This document shows positions 8,692 to 17,002 of a stretch of DNA of 64,000 nt, one piece after another (position 1 is the first letter of the stretch; each line of letters starts with the position of its first letter). The DNA lies in contig OZ253442.1 in assembly GCA_965261085.1 (NCBI GenBank), positions 4,032,001 through 4,096,000 of the forward strand. The letters run 5' to 3'. Source of the stretch: a bacterium. GTDB taxonomy: Bacteria > UBA8248. The notes under the pieces are model-generated. The model ran no database searches. It worked only from the letters and a program-made list of their open reading frames with translations, and was not told the origin of the DNA. The position numbers and the translations under genes are program-made.

Positions 8692-9888
8692 ATGAGCGGA
8701 AGTATCGCCGGAAAAGTCGCCATCATCGGCGTGGGCATCACGAAATTCGGGGAACTCTTCGAGCAAAGCTATAACGATCTCGTCGTGGAAGCCGCCTACG
8801 AGGCCTATCAGGATGCGGGCGTGAGCGGCGACGACATCGAGGCCGCCTGGCTGGGCACGTATCTGCCGCTCGGCTGGGGCTTCGACGGCACCGGCGGACC
8901 CTCGCTTGCAGAAGCCTTGAACCTCTACCCGAAACCCGTCTCTCGGGTGTCGAACTATTGCACGACGGGCATGGAAGCCGTCCGCATGGCGGCGATGGCC
9001 GTGGCCTCGGGCATGCACGACATCGTCCTGGCCGTCGGCGCCGAGAAGATGCGCGAAGTCCCCCCCCGGGGCAGCCTGGTCGCGCAACACGTTGAAAAAC
9101 TTCACCCTATGTACTCGAAAGGCCGCACGGCACCGGGCAGTTTCGCCGTTCTGGCGAGGAGATACTTTGAGGAATTCGGCGCGGACAAAGAAGACCTGGC
9201 AGAGGTGGCGGTGAAGAATCACTATCACGGGAGTCTGAACCCGCGCGCGCACTTCAGGAAGGAGATTACCAAGGAGCAGGTCCTCAAAGCCCCGCCGGTC
9301 ACCGAACCCTTAGGGCTATACGATTGCTGCCCCACGACGGACGGCGCCGCGGCTATCGTGCTCTGCCGGGCGGACCTGGCCGAGAAGCGCTTCGCCAAGA
9401 AAGACTACGTCTTGATCGACGGCATGGGACTTTCCTGCGCGACGGGCTACATCACCACGGCGTTCAACCCCAGGTTCAGCTTCATCGGCTTCGAGGCCAC
9501 CCAGGAGGCCGCGCGCCAGGCCTACGAACAGTCCGGCGTGACGAACCCGCGCGAGGAGATAGACGTCGCGGAAGTGCATGATTGTTTTACGATTACGGAG
9601 ATTCTGAACTACGAGGACTTGGGCTTCGTCAAGAAGGGCGAGGGGCCTGATTTCGTGAAAAGCGGCGCGAGCAGGCTCGGCGGCGAGCTGCCCGTAAACA
9701 CCTCGGGCGGCCTCAAAAGCTGCGGCCATCCCATCGGCGCCACGGGCGCGCGCGTGGTGGCCGACCTCACGCACCAGCTCTTAGGACGCTGCGGCGAGCG
9801 CCAGGTGAAGGGCGCCAAACGAGCGCTCGGCCACACCCTCGGCGGCCCGGGAGCGGTCTCCAGCGTGTTCGTTTTGAGCAAGAATTAA
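8692..9888 (+). CDS. Thiolase (SCP2/archaeal type, acetyl-CoA acetyltransferase-like)
   Basis: NYCTTG (active Cys), GAEKM, DGAAA, EVHDCF, SGGLKSCGHPIGATG; GGAG RBS. Confidence 0.92.
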   Translation: MSGSIAGKVAIIGVGITKFGELFEQSYNDLVVEAAYEAYQDAGVSGDDIEAAWLGTYLPLGWGFDGTGGPSLAEALNLYPKPVSRVSNYCTTGMEAVRMAAMAVASGMHDIVLAVGAEKMREVPPRGSLVAQHVEKLHPMYSKGRTAPGSFAVLARRYFEEFGADKEDLAEVAVKNHYHGSLNPRAHFRKEITKEQVLKAPPVTEPLGLYDCCPTTDGAAAIVLCRADLAEKRFAKKDYVLIDGMGLSCATGYITTAFNPRFSFIGFEATQEAARQAYEQSGVTNPREEIDVAEVHDCFTITEILNYEDLGFVKKGEGPDFVKSGASRLGGELPVNTSGGLKSCGHPIGATGARVVADLTHQLLGRCGERQVKGAKRALGHTLGGPGAVSSVFVLSKN

Positions 9889-9901
9889 CCAGATAATGAA
9901 A

Positions 9902-9923
9902 CCCCCGGGCGATCGCCCGGGGG
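9902..9923 (+). terminator. GC-rich hairpin after the thiolase
   Basis: Perfect palindrome CCCCCGGGCGATCGCCCGGGGG just after the stop; weak U-tract. Confidence 0.55.
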
Positions 9924-9976
9924 AATTTTACCCCGGCGACTCCCCGCATTTCCGCGCATTTCCCCTCGAAAATTTT

Positions 9977-10120
9977 CAGAAAAAGGTCGTCAATTTATCG
10001 AAAAACCCCGTGAATTTATCGATATTTTCAGAAATTCCTTATTCTCGAACGAGCCGATCGGCTCCGCCATCATACCGAAATCCCCCGAATGCCCACGGAC
10101 GGCAAATGCGGGCGAATGCG
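9977..10120. repeat. Dispersed ~145-bp element, copy A
   Basis: 9977-10044 matches 53160-53227 at 62/68 nt; further collinear blocks CGCCA(T/C)CATACC and CGGCAAATG..G..AATGCG follow. Confidence 0.85.
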
Positions 10121-10325
10121 CCTTCGCCCCGGTGCGGGCGATCTCAAGAAATCGCTCTCGTCCGGGGGTGGAGTCGGGACTACTCAGGATAAGATTCGAG
10201 AAGACGCCGGGCGCCGAAATCACCCCGGAGGAAATCCGCCGAGGAGCGACCCGGCTCCGGGCGCGGAATGCACCCATCCAAAAATCGGGGGTCAAGCTTT
10301 TTTCGAGGGACGCGTGGACGACTCC

Positions 10326-10352
10326 GTAAGGGCGGTTCATCAACCGCCCCAC
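10326..10352 (+). repeat. REP-like palindrome (GTAA variant)
   Basis: GTAAGGGCGGTT-catc-AACCGCCC; stem related to the REP at 11017. Confidence 0.6.
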
Positions 10353-10500
10353 GGTGAGTCACCCTTTCGTTGTTATCCTCATCTCATCCTAAGTTCACCA
10401 ATCCCCCACTTGCTCTATACTCTCTTTCTTGCAGGTGGAGTTTCACTCACAACACGAGGAGACCCGGAAACACCACACGAGGCGCACGAGGAGACCCGAC

Positions 10501-10938
10501 ATGCCTTACAAGATAGGACCCATAATAAGCGGGATGCTCATCCTCGCCCTTGCGTTCGCGGCGCAGGCGGCGGCGTTCGAGCAACGCGTTCCGGCGCGGG
10601 TAAAGAAAGTCATCGACGGCGACACCGTGAAGGTCGAAGCCAGGCTGTGGCCGGGCATCATCGCGCAGATCAACGTGCGGGTGCGCGGCGTCGACACGCC
10701 CGAGATAAGGCGCGCGCAGTGCGGCGAGTATGAACGCCAAAGGGGCCGTGCGGCGCGCGATTTCGTCCGCGGGATAATCGGCAAGAACGTCTGGCTCATC
10801 AACGTGACGCACGGCAAGTTCGGCCGCCGCGTCGTGGCGAGCGTGTGGCTGGCGGACGGGCGCGACCTCGCCACGCTGCTGATCGCCACCGGCCATGGCC
10901 GTCCCTACCGGGGCGGACGACGCAGCAAATGGTGTTGA
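10501..10938 (+). CDS. Exported thermonuclease (SNase-like)
   Basis: Signal peptide (..LALAFAAQA), VIDGDT, VRVRGVDTPE, GKFGRRVVA and GHGRPYRGG; AGGAG RBS. Confidence 0.88.
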   Translation: MPYKIGPIISGMLILALAFAAQAAAFEQRVPARVKKVIDGDTVKVEARLWPGIIAQINVRVRGVDTPEIRRAQCGEYERQRGRAARDFVRGIIGKNVWLINVTHGKFGRRVVASVWLADGRDLATLLIATGHGRPYRGGRRSKWC

Positions 10939-11016
10939 GGGGAATGGGATGCGCGGCTCCAGATTTTATCCCGTTCTAAATGGCCAAGGGATCCTTAATC
11001 CGCTTTTAACGAATTT

Positions 11017-11041
11017 GTAGGGGCGGCTCGCGAGCCGCCCT
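11017..11041 (+). repeat. GTAG-type REP palindrome
   Basis: GTAG followed by the perfect palindrome GGGCGGCTCGCGAGCCGCCC. Confidence 0.8.
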
Positions 11042-11105
11042 TTTGTAGCGGCTATATTTTCACATGTGAATTAGTAGGTAGGGTATCACATTCGAGTTAA
11101 GAGAA

Positions 11106-11984
11106 TTATTCCTTGAGGGGCTTTCCGCACCATTCCAGTTGCTTGCCAGTCTTAGCGTCGAGAGCGTTGTCCAATTTCGGCGGTTTGCCTTCAACTGTTC
11201 TCGCTTGATTAAGTCGTCCCTGAGTAAGGCCTTTACAAGATCCCAATTTCGCATTGGTCAGATTTGCGTTGAGTAGATTCGCCCCATCTAGCTTCACATG
11301 GCCCAGATTTGCACTGGTCAGATTAGCACCGGGTAAGTCAACGCGAACCAGATTCGCAAACCGCAAAAACACGCTACCCAGTTCTGCTTTGCGTAAATCC
11401 AGCCTATAAGTAGGTCTCTCTTGTTTTTCCATCTCAATTTGCGTATCACTGCGTTTGCCAATTGCCGTCATGATCTCTTGAATATCCGGGCGCAATTTCT
11501 CAGGGCCTTGATGGATATGGCGATTCGTTGATCCGGCATCCTCACCATCTTCAATCGTCGGGTTGTGAACAAAAGCGCAGAAGAGCTTCATAATCTGAAC
11601 ATGGTATTCCCGTGGATGCACATGGGCGAGATGAGTAAGGTCATAGATGCCGCCGAGACGAACCGCAAGAACGTGGCTGCCGAGCATCTCCGCGCCTTTC
11701 TGATAACGTTCATTCAGCAAACTACGCTGCGCCGTTTTGGATTGACGATCCGCCACTCTGGCGCGCCATACAGCAAGCCCCAAGCCAGTAACTGCGGCGA
11801 GAGCCAGGAAAACACTACGAGCCGTCGTTATGTGCGACTCAGAACCATCCGGTGTCTTTCGAAGCCAAACCCATAAGCACGACAGCCCATCATGGAAATA
11901 CCAGATCGAAACACCAAGCAGCACGACTAGACCAGCCGCATACCATCCTTTCTTCTTCTTGTGTTCAACCATGTCCGGCTTCAT
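11106..11984 (-). CDS. Membrane-anchored pentapeptide repeat protein
   Basis: Two N-terminal hydrophobic segments, ERYQKGAEMLGS..LAVRLGGIY block, C-terminal A(N/D)L repeats (ANLVR, ANLTS, ANLGH, ANLLN, ANLTN). Confidence 0.85.
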   Translation of the reverse strand: MKPDMVEHKKKKGWYAAGLVVLLGVSIWYFHDGLSCLWVWLRKTPDGSESHITTARSVFLALAAVTGLGLAVWRARVADRQSKTAQRSLLNERYQKGAEMLGSHVLAVRLGGIYDLTHLAHVHPREYHVQIMKLFCAFVHNPTIEDGEDAGSTNRHIHQGPEKLRPDIQEIMTAIGKRSDTQIEMEKQERPTYRLDLRKAELGSVFLRFANLVRVDLPGANLTSANLGHVKLDGANLLNANLTNAKLGSCKGLTQGRLNQARTVEGKPPKLDNALDAKTGKQLEWCGKPLKE

Positions 11985-12083
11985 ATCTGTTTGTCATTCA
12001 TTATGAACTATTCCTGTCCATTCTTTGTCTTCAATATCGCAACGATTCACCTTACGGAAAAGAGCGAGCTATGGCAAAGAAAC

Positions 12084-12106
12084 GAGCAGTGGCGAACCGC
12101 CCCTAC
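12084..12106 (-). repeat. Degenerate GTAG-type REP
   Basis: Reverse complement GTAGGGGCGGTTCGCCACTGCTC; same 5' half as the 11017 REP, in inverted orientation. Confidence 0.65.
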
Positions 12107-12294
12107 AAGGAGTTGTTGAAAAAGTCCTTGCGGGTCGCCCCCCCCTTTGCAGAGCGTCCAACAGCCATTCCCCCCTTGAGGGGACTGTTGAAAAAGCCCT
12201 GATAAACAGAGAATGGATTTCTTAATCGACATAGGCTTATAAATTGATTCCCCCCCGTTAGGGGGATATCACCTCCTGCCGAAGTGAAAGAATT

Positions 12295-12447
12295 CACTCC
12301 CCCCTTGAGGGGGAGTCGAAGAGGCCGAGCCCTTGGGCGAAGGCCGATTCGATGGGGGGACACTCTCCAAAATACAAAAGCTCCCCCCACCAGTTCGCTT
12401 GCGGGCTTACGCCCTTAGCTCACTGACTCCCCCTCAAGGGGGGAGTG
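12295..12447. repeat. Palindromic MITE/REPIN-like element, copy A
   Basis: Terminal inverted repeats CACTCCCCCCTTGAGGGGGAGTC ... GACTCCCCCTCAAGGGGGGAGTG with internal hairpins; inverted near-copy at 63819-63985. Confidence 0.9.
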
Positions 12448-12592
12448 GTTCTCTTCTCTCTCGTCGGTTGACAATGTGTTCAGGGGAGGAGTCCCCAGGC
12501 GTGTAGGCGGCGGTGACTTGCACCTCATTGATGAGGACGTTCTTTCGCTCGTCGTAATATGTCGTGAAGGCGAAACTGGACGGTTCGAGCAT
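12434..12592 (-). pseudogene. Truncated ORF, probably the N-terminus of a retropepsin-like aspartyl protease
   Basis: MLEPSSFAFTTYYDERKNVLINEVQVTAAYTPGDSSPEH runs into the repeat; ATG abuts the upstream TAG; no DTG motif remains. The family call is inferred from context. Confidence 0.4.
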
Positions 12593-12838
12593 CTACGAAA
12601 ACCAGACCCTCGAATGAAAGGTCTCTATCGTGCTGTCCGGATCGGAGCTGCATTCCTGCACGAGAAACGTGCCCAACTCATGCTTTTTGGCCGTCGTCTC
12701 GACGGCCTCCATCTCGTCGTCGTAGGTCCCGATCACTCGCCGGTTCTTGATTACGATGTACTTTCCCTTGTACTTCTCGGCGAGTTCGGACTGGTGATCG
12801 AGATAGAATTGAAAATCATCTTTCAATAGCGGTTCCAT
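12593..12838 (-). CDS. Small DUF5678-like protein
   Basis: Pattern FYLDHQ.ELAEKYKGKYIVIK...VIG.YDD..EA....G.FLVQ.C. Confidence 0.65.
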   Translation of the reverse strand: MEPLLKDDFQFYLDHQSELAEKYKGKYIVIKNRRVIGTYDDEMEAVETTAKKHELGTFLVQECSSDPDSTIETFHSRVWFS

Positions 12839-12994
12839 GGCTTTCTCTCATGCTCACACAACTTCACTGCGGGTCAAGGCATGGGCCTCACCTCGTACTC
12901 ATAATCTATCCATCGTGTTCATGAAGTCAAATTCCAAATGTCGAAGACCTATCGCAGGGTCGCCATGCGTCAAAACGCGCGCTCCCAACACCCC

Positions 12995-15373
12995 TCACCC
13001 CACCACCTCCCGGCACGCATCCTCGATGTGCGTCTGGCCGATCTGGAGGGCGTCGTAGACTTCATGCGGGAGGCCGCTCTGGCCGAACTGGTCCGTGCCC
13101 AGGCATCTCTGGTCAGCACCCAGCGCGCCACCAAGGAAAGAGAGCGCGAGCGAGTGGCCGTCCAGCACGGAGACGACCGGGTTGTCGCGGTGCTCATCGC
13201 CCACCATCATCTCGAGGCGCGAGGGGCGGCCCTCTTTTTTGGCTTTTTTGTGATCGGCGTAGATTCTGTCCGCACTCGTGAGGACGAAGACGTTCACGTA
13301 TACGCCCTCAGCCTCCATCGAACGTGCGGCGGCGATGGCTTCGGGCGTCATCACCCCGCTCACGAACAGGTTCACCGCGTTCACGCCCGCGCGGTAGCCG
13401 GGCGCCTCTTTCGCCGAGTGAAGCAGGTAGCCGCCGCCTAAGGCGTTTCGCCGCAACACCTCGCGCTTTAAGGGATCCGAGAGCCAGTCTCCGGGCAGGA
13501 GATTCTGATCCACGGGCTTGGTGCTCAGGCGCAGGTAGAAGGCCGGGCAATCGCCCTTGCCCAGAACGCGGCCGATGGCCGAGAGGAGCAGCCATTCGAC
13601 CTCGACGGCGAAGGTCGGCTCATAGGCTTCGAGCCCCGGCATTTCGAGAACCACCGCGGGCGTGAGGATGCTCTGGTGCGCGCCTCCCTCTGGGGATAGG
13701 CTCGTGCCGCTCGGCGTCGCCACCACGATGAAGCGCCCGCCGTTATAGACCGCGTAGCGAAGCGCATCGAGACAGCGGCTGATGAAGGTGTCATAGAGCG
13801 TGCCGATGGGGCAGACGCGCACCCCGCAAAGCTCCTTGGAGACCCCAAAGGCGGCGAGCAGCAGCATGAGATTGTTCTCGGAAATCCCCAGTTCGATGTG
13901 CTGGCCCGCAGGGGATTCCTCCCATTTGAGGAGCCGCTGCACCTGCTGGAGGGCAAAGAAATCCGCCTTGCCCTCGGGGTGATACACGCCGCGCCGGTTA
14001 ATCCAGCCGCCCAGGTTGGTGCTCACGGCCACGTCGGGCGAGGTGGTGACGATGTGGCGCGCGAGGGCATCCTCGCGGGCCAGGCGCGTCATGATGGCGC
14101 CGAACGCCTCCTGCGTGGAACTCATTGCGGAAAAATTCGCACCCACCTCTTGGGGCACGGGGCCGGGGGCAATCTCTTCTCTGGCGAGGGCGGCTCTGGC
14201 GTCATAGCGCGCCACCGCCGCCTCGACCGCTCGGGCTTCGGGGCTATCCCCCGGGAGGGGCGCAAGCTCTTCTCCCTCGCCCAGGCCTGCGGAATCACGG
14301 AGTACCGCGATTTGCGCCTCGGTCAGGAGTTGTGAGTGATTCATCGGGTCGCCCGCGATGGGCAGCCCCCAGCCCTTGACGGTGTAGGCCAGGATCATCA
14401 CGGGCTTATCACTTACGCCGTCCGCCTCATCGAGTCCCTCCAGGATGCACTCGATGTCGTGCCCCCCCAGGTCGGACAGAAGGGCGGGCAACTCCTCATC
14501 CGCGAAGCGATCCAGCAACCCCGCGAGTCCTTTGTATTCGCCCGCCTCATTGCGCGTGAGGCCTTCTCTTATCTCGCTGCCGCTCCTTCCGATGAGGCTT
14601 TGGTACTCGCTGTTCGACATGTCGTCGATGCGTCTTCTCAGCGACTCGCCACCTCTAAGCGCGAACGCGGCTTGCAGGCGCTTTCCGTACTTGAGTTCCA
14701 CCACGTGCCAGCCGTGCAGGCGAAACTGATCGCGAATCTGCTGCGCCTTGCCGTCGGGCACGACGCGGTCGAGACTCTGGCGGTTCAGGTCCACCACCCA
14801 GATGACGTTGCCCAGGTGGGCGACGTATTCCTCCGCGAGCGCCTCCCAGATGTTTCCCTCATCGAGTTCCGCGTCCCCCACCAGGGAGATGAAGCGCTGG
14901 GTGGGGCCTGCGCCGAAATGATCGTCGATGTAGGACTGCATGAGCGCGGCGAACGAAGCGGCGACAGAGGGCAGCCCGAGCGAGCCTGTGGAGAAATCGA
15001 CGGGGTATTCGTCTTTGGAGCGGCTCGGGTAGGCCTGGAGGCCGCCGAAGGCGCGCAAGTCTCTCAAGCGCTCCATCGGCAAATCGCCCCTGAGCGCGTG
15101 GGCCGCGTGCAGCACGGGCGAGGCGTGGGGCTTGATGGCCAGCCTGTCTCCCGTCTTGAGCCAGCGGAAGAACATGGCCGTCATCAGGCTCACGACGGAG
15201 GATGAACTCGCCTGGTGGCCGCCTATCTTGATGCCCCCGGTGCCTTCGCGCAGGTTGTTCGCGTAATGAACGCTGTAGGTGGAGAGCCACAGGAGCCGTT
15301 TTTCCAGGCGGCGCAGAATATCGGCCTCGCCCGGTTCAATGGCGTTCGTCTCTGGCGGAGGGTTCACGCCCAT
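12995..15373 (-). CDS. TPP-dependent 2-oxoacid dehydrogenase E1-like (AceE/MdeB-type) enzyme
   Basis: GGHQASS, KPHASP, DFSTGSLG, GDAELDEG..WEA (TPP motif), NRQSLD and EGGAHQS. Confidence 0.88.
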   Translation of the reverse strand: MGVNPPPETNAIEPGEADILRRLEKRLLWLSTYSVHYANNLREGTGGIKIGGHQASSSSVVSLMTAMFFRWLKTGDRLAIKPHASPVLHAAHALRGDLPMERLRDLRAFGGLQAYPSRSKDEYPVDFSTGSLGLPSVAASFAALMQSYIDDHFGAGPTQRFISLVGDAELDEGNIWEALAEEYVAHLGNVIWVVDLNRQSLDRVVPDGKAQQIRDQFRLHGWHVVELKYGKRLQAAFALRGGESLRRRIDDMSNSEYQSLIGRSGSEIREGLTRNEAGEYKGLAGLLDRFADEELPALLSDLGGHDIECILEGLDEADGVSDKPVMILAYTVKGWGLPIAGDPMNHSQLLTEAQIAVLRDSAGLGEGEELAPLPGDSPEARAVEAAVARYDARAALAREEIAPGPVPQEVGANFSAMSSTQEAFGAIMTRLAREDALARHIVTTSPDVAVSTNLGGWINRRGVYHPEGKADFFALQQVQRLLKWEESPAGQHIELGISENNLMLLLAAFGVSKELCGVRVCPIGTLYDTFISRCLDALRYAVYNGGRFIVVATPSGTSLSPEGGAHQSILTPAVVLEMPGLEAYEPTFAVEVEWLLLSAIGRVLGKGDCPAFYLRLSTKPVDQNLLPGDWLSDPLKREVLRRNALGGGYLLHSAKEAPGYRAGVNAVNLFVSGVMTPEAIAAARSMEAEGVYVNVFVLTSADRIYADHKKAKKEGRPSRLEMMVGDEHRDNPVVSVLDGHSLALSFLGGALGADQRCLGTDQFGQSGLPHEVYDALQIGQTHIEDACREVVG

Positions 15374-15404
15374 CCCTCCCTAGGGAGCGCGGGTGGGTTC
15401 GAGA

Positions 15405-16115
15405 TTACTCACGCACCCCGGTGTGAAGCTCGGCGATGCCGCCCGTCATCGGGCGATGGCTCACCTCGCGAAAGCCCGCATCGCGCATCATCGCCGAGAG
15501 CCTCTCGGCGTCCGGAAATTCATACACCGTGTTTGGAAGGTAACTATACGCGCTTCGGTGCGCGGAGACGAGCCGCCCCACGACCGGGAGAAGGACTCTG
15601 AAGTAAAAGGCGTACAAAAGCCCGAACAAACCCCGAGGGTGCCCGAATTCCAGAACAACGAGCCTGCCTCCAGCCCGCAGCACGCGCCCCATCTCGGCGA
15701 GACCCGCCTCTCTATCCTCGAAATTACGCAGGCCGAACGCGATGATCACCCCGTCGAACGCGGCATCCTTAATGGGGAGTTTCAAGCCGTCTGCCTGTAT
15801 GAGGGAAAGGGGCGCGCCGCGCGCCGCCGCTTTTTTCTTTCCGCGCGCGAGCATGGGATACGCGAAATCAACGCCTAAAACCCGCGCGCAGCTATCGGCC
15901 TGGCGGTGTACCTCCAGGGCGACGTCCGCCGTGCCTGTCGCCAGATCGAGAAAGCAGGCCTCCTTTCCACCCGAATCGCGCAGAAGGCTCGCCACGGCGC
16001 GCTTTCGCCAGAGACGATCCACGCCGAAGCTCAAAGTCCGGTTCAGGAGGTCGTAGGTGGGCGCGATGTCCGAGAACATCGCCTGGACTTGCTTTTTCTC
16101 GATGCGGGTCGGCAC
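15405..16115 (-). CDS. ubiE: Demethylmenaquinone methyltransferase UbiE/MenG
   Basis: MFSDIAPTYDLLN..LSFG.D..WR, LDLATGTAD, FGLRN and YSYLP; likely GTG start at 16115. Confidence 0.92.
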   Translation of the reverse strand: MPTRIEKKQVQAMFSDIAPTYDLLNRTLSFGVDRLWRKRAVASLLRDSGGKEACFLDLATGTADVALEVHRQADSCARVLGVDFAYPMLARGKKKAAARGAPLSLIQADGLKLPIKDAAFDGVIIAFGLRNFEDREAGLAEMGRVLRAGGRLVVLEFGHPRGLFGLLYAFYFRVLLPVVGRLVSAHRSAYSYLPNTVYEFPDAERLSAMMRDAGFREVSHRPMTGGIAELHTGVRE

Positions 16116-16123
16116 GAGAGCGC

Positions 16124-17002
16124 TCAGCCCGCGCCGATGAGCACGTCGGCGATGGCGCCCGATGCGATGACGACGGACACCCAGGCGTTCAGGTTGAAGA
16201 ACGATATGTCCACTCGGCTCAAGTCGTCTGGCCGCACGATCCAGTGCTCCCAGAACAGAAGGCACCCCGCCGCCGCAAGCGCTATCCAGTAAAGCGCTCC
16301 CAAGCCGAACGCCCGGCCCGCCGCGTAGAAACAGGCCATCGTCCCGAGATGAGCTACGCCTGAGATGATGAGCGCGCCCTTGACGCCCAAAAGGCGCGGC
16401 AGGGAATAGATGTTCTTCTCACTGTCGAAATCAACGTCCAGACAGGCGTAGATGAGGTCGAATCCGCCCACCCAGAGCGTGACGCCTAAAAAAAGCAAAA
16501 CGGCCACGGCGTCCAGATCGCCGCGCACCGCCACCCAGGCGCCCGCAGGCGCACAGCCCAGGACTACGCCCAGAAACAGGTGCGTCCAGGAGGTGAAGCG
16601 CTTGGAATACGAGTAGAAGACGATGCAGGCCGCCACGGCGAAGGAAAGCGCGAAGGCGAGTGGGTTCAGCATCCAGGCGGAGAGGAGGAAGAGCGCCAGG
16701 AAGCCCGCCAGCATCATGAGGATGGATTTGGAATGGAGCAGCGCCTGAAACTCGTCGCGGTCTTTCGTCCTCGGGTTTTTGGGGTCGATGTCCCTGTCGG
16801 CTAAGCGGTTGAGAGACATGGCGAAATTACGCGCGCCCACCGCCGCCATCACCATCCAGAACAAGACCCAGGCGGAGGGAACGCCGCCTGCGGCCATCAC
16901 GCCGCCCATCAGCACGAAGGGAAGCCCGAAGATGGTGTGCTCGAATTTCACCATGCGCAGGAACTGCCTGAAACTTCTCGCCACCGACGCCTCAGCCGCC
17001 AA
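16124..17002 (-). CDS. UbiA-family prenyltransferase (MqnP-like)
   Basis: KFEHTIF, NRLADRDID.KNPRT, YSYSKRF and GFDLIYACLD. Confidence 0.92.
   Translation of the reverse strand: MAAEASVARSFRQFLRMVKFEHTIFGLPFVLMGGVMAAGGVPSAWVLFWMVMAAVGARNFAMSLNRLADRDIDPKNPRTKDRDEFQALLHSKSILMMLAGFLALFLLSAWMLNPLAFALSFAVAACIVFYSYSKRFTSWTHLFLGVVLGCAPAGAWVAVRGDLDAVAVLLFLGVTLWVGGFDLIYACLDVDFDSEKNIYSLPRLLGVKGALIISGVAHLGTMACFYAAGRAFGLGALYWIALAAAGCLLFWEHWIVRPDDLSRVDISFFNLNAWVSVVIASGAIADVLIGAG

Noticed and set aside
10132-10329. ORF with LRIRF...PEEIRRG..RL, resembling an aminotransferase C-terminus
   Set aside because: Too short, no RBS, and the similarity is only impressionistic.
12100-12475. Repeat clusters (also 43020-43163 and 63370-64000) as CRISPR arrays
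   Set aside because: No regular repeat-spacer period and no cas genes; they are palindromic REP/MITE-type elements.
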